Assembly (NCBI RefSeq): GCF_009914755.1
Contig: NC_060931.1
DNA length: 64,000 nt
Source: the human T2T-CHM13v2.0 reference genome, Homo sapiens
Strand: one strand, 5' to 3'
Shown here: one piece after another, positions 12,956 through 25,497 of the stretch
Numbering within the stretch: the stretch's first letter is position 1
Layout: each line of letters starts with the position of its first letter
The notes under the pieces: generated by a model
Seen by the model: only the letters and a program-made list of their open reading frames with translations
Told to the model about the DNA's origin: nothing
Database searches by the model: none
Program-made: the position numbers and the translations under genes

Positions 12956-13776
12956 ACTAGATACTTAAGAAGTATGTAATATTCATTAAAGCAAAATAAA
13001 AGAAAAATATTTACTGAGAGTCTAACCATGGGCCAGACCCTCTTCTATAATAGAATCTTGAGATACGTCAATGAGCAAAACATATCAATCTTTGCTCTTG
13101 GGAAGATTACAAAATGGAAGGAAGAGGTGGACGCACAGAAAATACCAAAGAGAAACAACAAATACATAAATTAGGAAGCATATAAGAAGGTGGTGATTAC
13201 TATGGCAAAGTAAAAAGCAGCCCCAGGCCAAGGGCATTGGGAGTGCTGGGGCAGGTGAGGTAAGGCTGCAGGTGGCGACTCTGAGTGGAATGGCCAGAGC
13301 CCCAGGAGAAGATGAAATCTTAAGCCCAGATTTGGTGGACTTTTCTAAGGTCAGAAGCAACATATGGCTTACAAATGTGAAATTTAGAAACTTATTACTA
13401 ATAAATAAAGGCAAATTCACACAATGTTATGATATTTCACTTACTAAATTGGCATACACTTTAAAAAATAAGATTGGCAATGTTATATGGAGATTTCACA
13501 CCGTAGGAGTAAGTATTAAACTTGTATAATTGTTCTTGAAGGCAATGGGATGATAGGCAATAAAGAATCTTAACAGTGTTTAAATACAGTCATTCCACAT
13601 TTATGAATGCGTGGTAAAAAAGTAATCGGAAATGTTAACAAAATTTATGTAAGAATTATTTAGTAATTTTAAAATTTGGAAATAGAACACCTTTTCTATA
13701 ATGGGGACAAATTAGAAATTATTATGGTATGTTCAATTAAGGTAATGCTGCCCAATCTTTAAAAATGATGAATTCA

Positions 13777-14217
<441 letters not shown>

Positions 14218-14743
14218 TTAAATGATATTTATGTATGATACATTACAAAATTCATGCATAATATATATTATAAAATAGATTATTTAAAATGGAAATTATA
14301 GAAAAGTAAGAAGGCAATAAAATTAGTTTTGGCTTATTTCTATTATTTCTGTTCATTATTTTACTTTCTTTTTCCAGATCAGCCATCATTTATCTTTCTC
14401 CCGATGCCTGCCTTTGTACCTTCCTGGGCCCTTCTCTCCCTGCTTCTTTCTCCTTCTTCACCTTCTATTCTGATTTGCATGAGGAAAGGGGGATCACACT
14501 TTTATTCACTGCCAGATTGTACTCCACAAAGACATCTATAATCCCACCCTTTGTATATACATAGTAATCTAACTTTTCTATTTTTACCATTTGGATGGGT
14601 GAAGAGGAATGTCTTGCTTTGAATTGAATTTCTGTGATTTCCAGTGGGATTGATAATCTTTTCATGTATTTATTAGACATTTGGGTTTCCCTTTTTGTGA
14701 ATTCAGCCTGCAGAGCCTTTGCCTATTTTCTAGTTAGGTTATT

Positions 14744-14765
14744 TGTCTGTCTGTCTATCTATCTC

Positions 14766-14803
<38 letters not shown>

Positions 14804-14818
14804 ATCATCTATCTATCC
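14744..14818 (+). repeat. (TCTG)n(TCTA)n compound microsatellite
   Basis: Directly visible. Confidence 0.85.
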
Positions 14819-15454
14819 ATTTACCCTTGCTGGTTTGGAGGGATTCCTTGCTGTTCCAGGTGGTAATCTCTTGTAAGTTTCAGGCCTCTTACAAATATCT
14901 TCTTTCAATATATCCCCTTCCCATTTAAATTTGATCCATTAGTTTGACTAATTGGCCCACCAATATGTGCAGGCAGAACATCATTTAGATCTTTGATTAG
15001 ATCTTTGTTTTGAATTTCTGTATCTGTCACTTTTTTCTCTCGCCATTTCCATCTTTGTCTTTTCCCTCTTTATTCTATAATGAATTCTCAAGTTTGTCCT
15101 CCACATTACTTACTCAGTCTGCCAGTGCCAATTCTGCTATTTCTGCCTTAAATGAGGGCTTAATTCTGCTTTTTTGAATTTTTTTTCCTTACAGCATTTC
15201 TTACTTCACAAAAACCCTACTTTCTTCTCATCTTATTCCTTTTAGATCTATTTTCTCACTGACATTTTTCTACTTCATCTCATCATCTATTGACATACAA
15301 GCAACTTACACTATTTTTTTCTTTGGTTTCTCTGAGTAAAAATTTCTAGAGGTATCTTCTTTTTTAAAAAAAAAAAAAATTTCCTGAGTCTTCCAGAAGG
15401 TGTTTCCTCTCCCTTAATCTTCCTGACTTTTGGGAAGCCCTATCCCCAGGTGGG

Positions 15455-15630
15455 ATGCGGGTGGGAGGGGCCCCGCCCCTCTGCTCTGACCGCTTCTGTA
15501 GCGGCTGAATTTCTGCCGGAGTCGCAGATGGCGGGTAGGTTGGTGAGCCCAGCGCCTCACACATTTCCTGTCGACTTCTGCTCTCTCAGACAGAAATGGG
15601 ATCCACTCCTACGTCCACTGCCGGCTCACT
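15455..15630. promoter_or_regulatory. CpG-retaining patch with GC box and CTCF/YY1-like motif
   Basis: 11 CpGs in about 170 bp. CCCCGCCCCT at 15471-15480 and GTCGCAGATGGCGG at 15521-15534. Confidence 0.45.
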
Positions 15631-16750
15631 AGTACATGGAACAGATGGACTACATGGAAAACTCTAGCCCTGGTTTTTACTGCTTCTATTTCTATCTCCT
15701 CCCAGACCCATAGTGCTTTATTTATGGAGACTACTATGCTGGTAGCCCACAGCCTAAGTCTTGCTCAGGTGTTTTCTGAAGAGTTGCAGTCTCTGGATGT
15801 AGATAGGTTTGAGGTGGGGGTGAGTGAAATGAAAAATTACCATCTGGTTGTCCTAAAAAACATGGCTTAGTGAAGGACTAGCTGGCTAGTTTTCTGGTTG
15901 GTACAGTTCATGTGTTTTTCAGCTAAATATCACATATAGTGGAGGTGAAACAAAGAGTTCTTCTCTCTTCTTTCAGGTGTAATTTGTGTTTTGTTTTTTC
16001 CTTTAGAAACAAAGCACAATGGGTCCCTCATTGCAGCATGGCGCTTATGAGTCTGGTACTAGGGGCATTAAAGCCAGATTCTCCTAGATTTTGACAACAA
16101 GCTTGTTGTGCTAGTTTTCACAGGTGTTTTCATCTTTGTGTCTCTTCAGAGGTTTTCTAATGAGGCATTGAAGTGGCCAGCAATCACTTGAAGCTGACCC
16201 ATTTATTTAACAAGCCACAGTTTCATTCCTTGCTGTGAAGTAGTGATCACTGCACAGAAAGTTCTTCAAGGAATACCTACAGACCAGGCCAGGGCACTTC
16301 ACAAAGGAAAAAGGGCTTCAGTCTGCTCTGAATATCTGGGCAAGAAATTCTTCACGAAAAAAAATTGCCTGAGAGATTCCGAAGTCCAGCATTAGCAATG
16401 CCTGCCTTCATCATCTAAAAAGTTCCAATATGGCTTTTCCTAAAGGTTTGAACTTTGGACAAATTACACCTTGATGAATCTTTTCTACTAGATGAAAATA
16501 CAAAAATGAAGAGAACAGTCTGGTTGTATGGATATACAGTGAGAGTAGGGAGCAAAGAATAATACAGATGAGATAAATAATATGGGTTAAGTGCTATCTG
16601 GTTTCGTATGTTGTCCTGTGATGGATTTATTTGGCGTCATTACAATATTTAAATGGGACTTTCTTCTGCCGAGGCCCACAAACCAAAGTAAAAAAACAAT
16701 AGGGGGCAAGGAGACCTTATTTCAACATGAGGACTATGCCAGCTGTACGT

Positions 16751-16840
16751 AATGTTGCCAGAGAAAATAGAGCATGCCCAGTTAAATTTGAATTTCAGAC
16801 AGACCATAAATAATTTTTTAGTATAAACGTGTTGCAAATG
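16751..16840 (+). mobile_element. MER53 (hAT MITE), partial
   Basis: gttgccagagaaaatagagcatgcccagttaaatttgaatttcaga...ttttttagtataa matches the MER53 left half. Confidence 0.75.
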
Positions 16841-17335
16841 TATAAGATGTGCAAAAGGAGATGTCTGAAGATTTTTGGTGACACCTTGAAGATATAAAAG
16901 AGGGGAGGCTGAGGAGGCCAGGTGATATACTTTTGGAGATATTTGTTAGAGTTCGGTATCATTCCCACTGCCTCTTCCGTGGGAGAGAGGAGGATATGCT
17001 TCCTTCCACTAAGGCCTCCTGAGAAAGGCCCAAAGGGACTTGGCACTTGCAGCCTGGTGACAGAGGGAGCCGGTGTGTTACCTGCCCGGAAGAGTTAGGT
17101 CAAAAAACTGGCTAGAGCCACCTGCCCAGCAGCAGAGCCAGGAGAGGCTGCACGAAAGCACGCTGCACCTCCACCAAAGGCATTCAGGGGGGTATATTTC
17201 TCATGGATCAGACATAGCCCCACGGAAGGCAGGTGGCTTGCAAACAAACTCCGCTCGGGAGGACTTCCCTACAGCGAGGAATGGCTTTGGCAGAAAGAGA
17301 CCCATCGGTTGCAGGAGCTGAGGCGATTGCTTAAA

Positions 17336-17349
17336 CTGCCACCTGGAGG
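17336..17349 (-). promoter_or_regulatory. CTCF core motif candidate
   Basis: The minus strand reads CCTCCAGGTGGCAG, 13/14 to CCASYAGRKGGCRS, in a GC/CpG-richer patch (17060-17350). Confidence 0.5.
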
Positions 17350-17693
17350 AGGATTGAGAGAGGTAGAGGCTGATGTTCCCAGAGAAGAACTTTCTGTGGA
17401 TTTTGTCCAAGTGCCCCAGGGTAAGACCCATAGAAAGGCCAGGAAGCACCTGTGCAGATTGCTCACTTGCCCACTCATTCATATTCATTCATTCCTGTAT
17501 GCTGGGTGCAAATATTTGTACCTAATGCTAGGCAGACACTGTTCCTGGTGTTTGGGATACACCAGAGAACCCAAAAGAAGCAGACAAATGCTTGCTTTTC
17601 AGAAGCAAAGGGCTGGCAGACTGAATTAAACTTGATAAATACATTCATTATAGTGTATGTTGGAAAGTAGCAATTGTTATGCTCTATTTTCAG

Positions 17694-17749
17694 AGGAGAG
17701 TCAGGAGGCCTGGCAGTGCCACAGGAGGCAAGGCGCAGATATTAGAGAG
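17694..17749 (+). other. Candidate 56-nt internal exon (probably non-coding transcript)
   Basis: Acceptor ctctattttcag| and consensus donor GAG|gtaagt, with a purine-rich exon body. Confidence 0.4.
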
Positions 17750-20065
17750 GTAAGTGTTGATTGGAGAGCTCTAGGCTTCTGGTGAAGAGGCTGCATTATC
17801 TTATGGGATATGTCAAGAGGGCATGCATCCAATTCACTTAAAATCACCAGGAATAAATTAATGCATATTACCAATGGTCATGTCATTCTTAAAACAACTT
17901 TTTCAAGATGTTTAAGAATGGCCAAAAGAGAGCACGGTAAAAGTAAATAGCAAAATTCCCTGGTCAGGAATGTCATTTATGACAGAGAAAGCTAACTGAG
18001 AATCTTGAGGTTGGAGGGGAAGCTGCTAGGGAGAAATGTCAGCCTATCCCTCTTCTGTTCCTCTATCTACCTGATTCTTGGTTATGATGGTGTTAGCACG
18101 GATATGAATGGAGACTTTTCTATTAGGAACAGAGAGGCAACAGAGGGAGTAGAGAATGACCCCACAAAGGGAGAGCACCCCAGTACAAAAGGCCATTTCT
18201 AAAGGCAGGATTTGAGTGAAGGTTTAGAGGAGAAATAAAGAAGGGAATATATTTAAAGCTATTTAAATAGTTTTTCAATTACTCCAGTGTGTCAAGATAA
18301 TGCTCCTCTGAATATGATTCTATGCTAAGGCTGATTTCAAAGCTAGGCACCAAGCCAACATCATGAGTTCAGGTTGCCAAAGGTTATATTCATAGCAGGA
18401 TGATTTGTGGAAAGTAAGAGTTGAAGATCATGAGGGGAATGTGTAAAAATGTGGTATATTCCATCGACAATAATGGAACAGGTTTACATAGGGAAACATG
18501 GATAGATTTCAAAATATGAGGTAGCATGAAAAATAGAAAAATGCTTAATGGCATAACACCATGAATACAATCTAAAAACACACACAAAACAACTCCCTGT
18601 TTTTCATGGCACATGACAACTAAATAGACACATTGAATGTAAATTCGGAGGCTAAATAATAAATCCACTAGAGTGATTGTCAAGGGTAGGACAGGAGTTA
18701 AGAGCGGGAATGGAGAAAGAAGAGCCACTGACATTGTCCTATTTCTGGGCATGTGGGAAGTGTCAGATCATCTCTGACAACACAGGGCCATTGACTGCTG
18801 CTCCAAGGCTCAAGTACTTTGTAAGATTTAGGCTGCCCTTTCTCTACATGAATGAATTTGGTGACTAGTGTGCCCTTATGTAATCCTGTGTGTCAGTGCA
18901 AGAACAGCGAGATCTCTGGGTTGCCAGTGAAAGCAGCACAGTGAGTCTAGAAATGTGGTGATAATAAGGAAAAAGGGGTGTGCGGAATTCTGATATTTAA
19001 TTGTGGCTCTTTTACGGGCATCCTTTTTCCTGGTGATTGAGTAGAGGCTGCAGGGAGGATCAGATGGGCTCTGGGAGGCATTGTTAAAACTTAGAGGCCA
19101 GCAGCTGATGAAAGCTTCAGGTTTCTCCTGGTCTTCTTGCAAAGATAAGTTTGCAGCTTCCCAATAATGGGCCACAGCTGGGACCCTGTGCTAGTCTGCA
19201 GGCACCATGGCAAGCCCAGACTACCACTTGGTACAGGTCTGGAGAACAACTTTTTTTCTGAGGCAGACAGACCTCTCCTGCAGGTGAGCCTTGATTCTTG
19301 ATCCCTGTCTTACCTCTTTGTCCTCTGTACCATTCACTAATGAGTGGTGAGGATGAGCCAAGGGAGAAAGCTTCTTCCTACCCTTTTAGACTCTAACTGG
19401 GAAGTGTTATGCTAATTTCGTAACGAGCCAGCATGCTTCCAGCTTTTTTGTCAGCTCAAACTTGAACTTAATCCTACCAGCTTCTAACACTGCATGTGAA
19501 ATCTGGGTAATAGTGGAAACTGCTGCGCTACACTGGAAGATCGAACTGCTTGCATTCAAATACTGTGTGGCTTGTATAATAGAAATTATTATATCATAGA
19601 TTATGTTTTAAATTGGTTTGAATTCTCAAACAGTAAGGAAATCACAGTTTGGTTATTAATGTAGGGAATTCATTCTGTTTTCCAAATGCAATGTATTTTC
19701 TTTGTTTTCTAGCTTCATTGAGGTATAAATGACAATTGTATATGTTTAAGGTGATGTTTTGACATACATATACAATGTGAATTGATGACCACAATCAAGC
19801 TAATTAACGTATTCATCACCTCATATAGTTACTCTGTGTGTGTTGAGAATAAGATCTACTCTCTTAGCAAATTTCAAATATGTGATATATTATTAACTAT
19901 CATCCCTATGCTGTATATTAGGTCTCTAGAATTTATTCATCTTATAACTGAAAGTTTGTACCCTTTGGCCAACATCTCTCCATTTCCCCTACCCCTCAAC
20001 TTCAGAAAGTCACCTTTTTTACTCAGTTTCTATGAGTTTGAGTTTTTTTAGATTCTACACATGTG

Positions 20066-21134
20066 TGAAATTAAATAATTCATACTTATAATAATTCAGA
20101 TTTAAAGCTGTTGGAACTTGACATTATTTTGAGCCTCGAGAGTGAGACAGGAATAATACAGGATGGTTGCTGGAGAACAGAAAATTCCAGGCGGCAGTTT
20201 CACACGACTAGCAAAAGGAAACTGTTGAAATAGCTACAGAAACTAGGGGCTGATAAGACCCTGAAAACCAGGGTGTGGGCCGAGCTGGCTAAAACCGACT
20301 GGACCCGACACGGCACTGGATTTAGCCTGAGTTTCTCCTAGGATCTCATTATATGCTCATTAACATACTCAATCACACACCCACGAGCACCGTGACAGTT
20401 CTGGGAACTCTCGTATTTGTTATAAAAACGAGTGGCACCACAGTTTCCAGAAATCTCCATCTTTTTCTAGGAATCTTCATAAATATTCCGCTCCTTGATT
20501 AAAGAAACCCACAAAGGTGGAAACCCCAGACTCCATCACAAGACTCTTGAGTAAGTCTGCCTATGCGCCCCTTTCCTGAGTGTATACTTTTCCCTTTGCA
20601 ATAACTCTTCGTACTATTTTCTGACTCATCCTTGAATGCTTTTTCTGGATGGTGTCAAGAGCTTGGACACCTGCTGAGTTGAGGTCCCATCAGCACTTGG
20701 GGACCTCCTCCAGCCCACCAGTATCAAGAGGAATGTGGATATGTGGCCTGAGTCACATGATAGGTTGCTGCAACTTCTGCTTCTCCATTTATAGATTAAA
20801 TCTCTTCCTCATTCCTGTCCTATAAATGATTAGGAAAGGCCAAATGGCACCAGAGAGAAACCCCCTAGAGACCATTACTCCTCCTTATGGGAGTCTTATG
20901 GAATGCTAAAGCAATATTCTTTGGAATGTAGCAAGCTGTACAGATTATTGTAACATACATACTTATCGTGAATAGAAGATGTTGTCTGTTTAAGTGAAAC
21001 CTTCACTTCCTCACTTAGGAATGCTGACCCATTCTTTGAAGTCTGTATTTTCTGCATGGTCATTCCCAAGCTTTGAAATGGAGTAAATGCTATACTCAAC
21101 CATATTTTCTGAATCTCATTATTTAAGATTGACA
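20066..21134 (+). mobile_element. ERV1 (MER4-group, tentatively LTR24-like) solo LTR, split by a MER41 insertion
   Basis: TG...CA termini and probable 4-bp TSD tgtg/tttg. The sequence aagctgttggaact...ttttgagcc / gaatgtg...gcctgagtcacatga is continuous across the inner insert. Confidence 0.65.
20143..20726 (+). mobile_element. MER41-family (MER41E-like) ERV1 solo LTR
   Basis: Starts tgagacaggaataatacagg, ends ...gtatca, with a perfect 4-bp TSD agag (20139-42, 20727-30). Confidence 0.8.
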
Positions 21135-21273
21135 TTTGAGATCAGGTAGTATTTGTCTTTCTGTGCCTGGCTTAGCATAATATCCTCCAGGTTCATCCAT
21201 GACCTTGCAAATGGCAGGATTTCCTTCTTTTTAAAGGCTGAATAATACCCTATTGTATATAAATATATTTTAT

Positions 21274-21572
21274 GGCTGGGTGTGGTTGCTCACGCTTGTA
21301 ATTCCAGAACTTTGGGAGCCCAAGGTGGGCAGATCACTTGAGCCCAGGAGTTCAAAATAAGCCCTGGAAACATTGTGAGATCCCGTTTCTACAAAAAAAA
21401 AAAAAAAAAAAAAAAAAATTAGCTGGGCATGGTGGCACACACTTGTGGTCCCAGCATCTCAGGGGGCTGAGGCGGGAGGATCGCTTGAGCCTGGGAGGTT
21501 AAGGTTCCAGTGAACCATGGTTGTGCCACTGCACTCCAGCCTGGGAGACAGAGCAAGACCTTGTCTCAAAAA
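21274..21572 (+). mobile_element. AluJ SINE with expanded central A tract
   Basis: Full Alu with a long A run in the linker, followed by a (TA/CA)n tract to about 21755. Confidence 0.9.
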
Positions 21573-21929
21573 TATATATATACACACACACATATATATA
21601 CACACACATACACATACATATATATTATATGTATCCTAAGATATTATAATCTATATATGTTTAAAATATATATGAAGATATATTATTCCACTTACATAAA
21701 CTTAAGATATATGAATATATCTTAATATGTATTAGAAATATATATATATATATATTTAAATTCATTTATTCATTGATGGACACTTAGATTGTTTTCCTAT
21801 CTTTGCTATTGTGAATAATGCTGCTATGGACATGGGAGTGCAAGTATCTCTTTGAAGGAGTGATTTTTATTTCATTTGAATATATACCCAGAAGTGGGAT
21901 TGCTGGATCATATGATAGTTCCATTTTTA

Positions 21930-21980
21930 TTAGGTTGGTGCAAAAGTAATTGTGGTTTTTGACATTACTTTTAATGGTAA
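21930..21980 (+). mobile_element. MADE1 (Hsmar1 MITE), one arm only
   Basis: ttaggttggtgcaaaagtaattgtggtttttgacattacttttaatgg. Confidence 0.85.
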
Positions 21981-22027
21981 TAATATTTTCAGGAACCTCT
22001 ATATGGCTTTTCTTAATGGATGAACCA

Positions 22028-22666
22028 TGTAGGAGTGAAGAGAGAAGGCTTCCCCCTTCACCCTCTGCAGGTTTGCTGAAAATGAACTGACAAAGCAGAT
22101 CAACAGGAGGAAAAGGCACACAAATATATTTTAATGTGCATTGCCCAGGGGAATTGCAGGAGAATGATTACCCAATAACTCAATGGAGCACAGATGCTTA
22201 TATACCCTTCTATATAGAGAAGCAGGGAGATAGAAATGCAGAAGTAAATGACACATTTCTTTGAAGTCTGGGGGAAGTGTTGGGAAGGTGAGGGACGTTA
22301 CTTCATTGTGAGCAAAGGCTGTCTTATTATGCAGATAAGGCCTCCCAGGCAGTCTCTGGAGCTGCCCTCAGGAAAATAGATGAAAAGTCTGTTTGGGCGT
22401 GGTGACAACTTCCAGTCTCTCCTGTGGTTGATTTTTTTCTGGTTATTCGATGAGAATCCAAGGGAGGTGGTCTTAAGACAATTGCGTTTCTTTTGGAAAA
22501 AAGCTTTCTTAGATAAAGAAATTCCAGGGAGAGTCCTTCCTGGTGCTTTGAGAAAGAGGATCAGAGAGACTTTGGTTCTGAGGCTTATTTCTGAGGCTTT
22601 CAATTTTGAAAGCACTCAGCATGCCAGAGTGCCATGTTTTGGGGAATCGTTTTATGTGCTCCAAAA
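22028..22666 (-). mobile_element. MER39-like ERV1 solo LTR
   Basis: The right end matches the antisense MER39 5' end (gcactcagcatgccagagtgccatgttttggggaatcgtttt). 4-bp TSD acca (22024-27, 22667-70). Confidence 0.75.
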
Positions 22667-22759
22667 ACCAATTTACATTTCCACCACCAATATAGGAGGT
22701 CTCTTTTCTCCACATCTAAATGTAATGTATTTTCTTATTTCCACCTAGAAATTGGATGT

Positions 22760-23080
22760 ATTCATTTATTAAACCATATTTGCTAAGCACCTAAATGTGT
22801 CAGAACCAAATGTTTAAGAAGTCTTGGGCTTAAACAGATAAAGTCATGATTCCTGCTTCTGTGAACTTACCTACAGTCTACCAAAGAGACCACTGTGATA
22901 CATTAAGAATATTGCTATAAGGGAGCATGTGCAAAATACTGTAGTGGTAGCCTAGAAAAAAAATGTTTCTTAGAGAATCAAGGATGGCTTTGCAGAGGAG
23001 AAATCTTTAGCTAAGTCTTGAGGGATGGTTGGACAAGATATAAGGGCAGGAAAGAAGAGCTATGAAGAGGGTTTATTACA
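22760..23080 (-). mobile_element. L2 LINE fragment
   Basis: attcatttatt...ctaagcacctaaatgtgtcagaacc matches antisense L2. Confidence 0.55.
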
Positions 23081-24269
23081 GAAAGAATGCTATCTCTGTT
23101 TCTAGGACACTGAGCAAAACAGAAATGAGAATATACAGACAGTTCTTGTCCCTGATTCTCAGCACAGCCTTTGCAAATATGTTAGGCCCTTGAGGAACTT
23201 TGATTGAGGAATCCTTATAGATCGCTGACTCCAGCAGAGTCGACTTCTTTTTTCTGTATCTTTCAGAAAGAGGCACGAATTTCAGAACTAGTGTGCATTG
23301 CAAAAATTCCAACTAACATGTCACAATTATAGAAACACCTGTTCTAGACATAACAATATTTTTTGTTGTTAATTCATTAGGCTGGGTACACCAAAATTAA
23401 TTTCATTTAAAATATAGTAATGAATAAGTAAATGATAGTCCTGTCTTTAATTTTTTTCCCCTGAAGCTTAAAAACCAGTTTAGGTGGAAAAACCACAAAT
23501 TTTTACAGTTCCAGAGAATCTCACCGTGAGCACTGACTCACAAGGTATTTATTGTAGAAGTCCGTTTTCCTTTAATGTGTGTAGCTGATCATGCAAAATA
23601 AGTTTAGATTTGTTCTTATGGATCCCTGTGTTCTTGGATGGAACTAAAAGTTGAACCTCCCCCTCCCTCCCCCCTACTTTTTTTTTTTTTTTACTCTGAA
23701 AGCACTAGTCAACTTTATTTGGGGACCAAAAAAAAAAAAAAAAAGTATGCTCATCTGGCTTTGGACCTACAGAATGTAACCCCTGGAATGGAAGGTGGGG
23801 CCGCTTGCTCGCTTGCTATTCATTGATATTATCCCTTTGTGATTTTGATCAATTTTTCACAGACACCTAGACAAAAATAAATAATATTCAAAATTTTTAA
23901 AATGTGAATTTCTTTCCCTACTCATTAAGCCAGAGCAATTACCCTTTTAATTCAGTGCATTGCATATGTTCCATACAGCAGCAACCTGTATAAAGAGGAT
24001 GAGGGTGAGAAAATGCACCATGGATTCCAACTTCAAAACTTTTCAGGGAACCTCAAGGCCAAGATTATATAGCTGAAGCAAAGAGCAAGGTTCAATTATT
24101 TGACTTTTTTCCTGCCAATTTAGCTAAATATTTCAAATAAAATATATGCACAGAAAATTTTCTATGATTGAAAGAATCCCATATTTACCAAGTTTTTAAC
24201 TAACCCATTAAAGAAGGTGACTGGCCACTGTGCTGATAATTTTTTAGCCCTGTACTTTGCCTTCTATGT

Positions 24270-24480
24270 GGTAAGCAATAAAGCGTAGGAGTTAAATGTG
24301 CTGACTCTGAAGCCACGCTGGATTTGAATCCTAGCTCTTTCACTTAATGGCTGTGTGACTTAGAAAAACTTACTTAAAACTCAGTATGCCCCACTTCCCA
24401 TATCAGCAAAATTGGAATATTAATAGTTCCTGCCTTGAGGGGTGACTGTGAGGATAAAATGAGTCAATGTATTCATGGCT
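24270..24480 (+). mobile_element. MIR SINE
   Basis: ggatttgaatcctagctct...ctgtgtgact...gtgaggataaaatgagtcaatgta. Confidence 0.75.
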
Positions 24481-24509
24481 TGCCTTCCCAAACCACCAGG
24501 CTAAAGCCA

Positions 24510-24939
24510 TGTGGCAGAGATAGTCAGTTAGTGCTTCCTAAATATCCATGTTCCCACTATGGATCCCAACTTTCCTTGAAGTTAGATGTGGGGCTGTGTG
24601 ACTATCCCTGGCCAATCAACTTCAAGCTGCAGTGAACTATGTCACTTCTAGGCCAAGGGAATGAAGGGCCAATATGCTTTCTCCATCCCTTTTCTCCTCA
24701 TCCCTTTTTCCCCTCCCGTGGTGACTCTGGAGACCACATGTTTCTGGTGATGTAGCTTTGATATGGTAAGAGCTTGGGTCCCTAAGCCATAGTTTGAAAG
24801 ACACAGGCCAGCTGCTGATCCATGGAGAACTTTATGTGAATGGAAAATAAATGGTTTATTGTGATATGTGATAAGTCAATGAAATTTTGGGGGCTTGCTT
24901 GTTGCCACAACATAGCCTAACATTACCCTGTCTAGTACA
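24510..24939 (+). mobile_element. MLT1 (MaLR) LTR
   Basis: tgtggcaga...tgtcacttctaggccaagg...catagcctaacattaccctgtctagtaca. Confidence 0.7.
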
Positions 24940-25074
24940 AGTCACAAACAGTTTAATTTACATTTAAATAACCCTGCTTCCTCCTTTTAAAACTTTATTT
25001 TAGATCTATTCTAATTTCTTATAATGATTAACTTAAAACATTAAGCCGTAAAACTCTTCAAGAAATAAGCACGT

Positions 25075-25497
<423 letters not shown>

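Larger units (their letters stand above)
19700..22715 (-). mobile_element. L1MA (L1MA8/9-like) 3' region interrupted by several younger insertions
   Basis: Colinear antisense L1MA pieces at 19700-20065, 21135-21270, 21760-21929, 21985-22027 and 22667-22715. Confidence 0.8.

Noticed and set aside
16751-16886. miR-1302-type hairpin from MER53
   Set aside because: The right half of the palindromic element is missing or unrecognisable.
21930-21980. miR-548-type hairpin from MADE1
   Set aside because: Only one arm of MADE1 is present, so the precursor hairpin cannot form.
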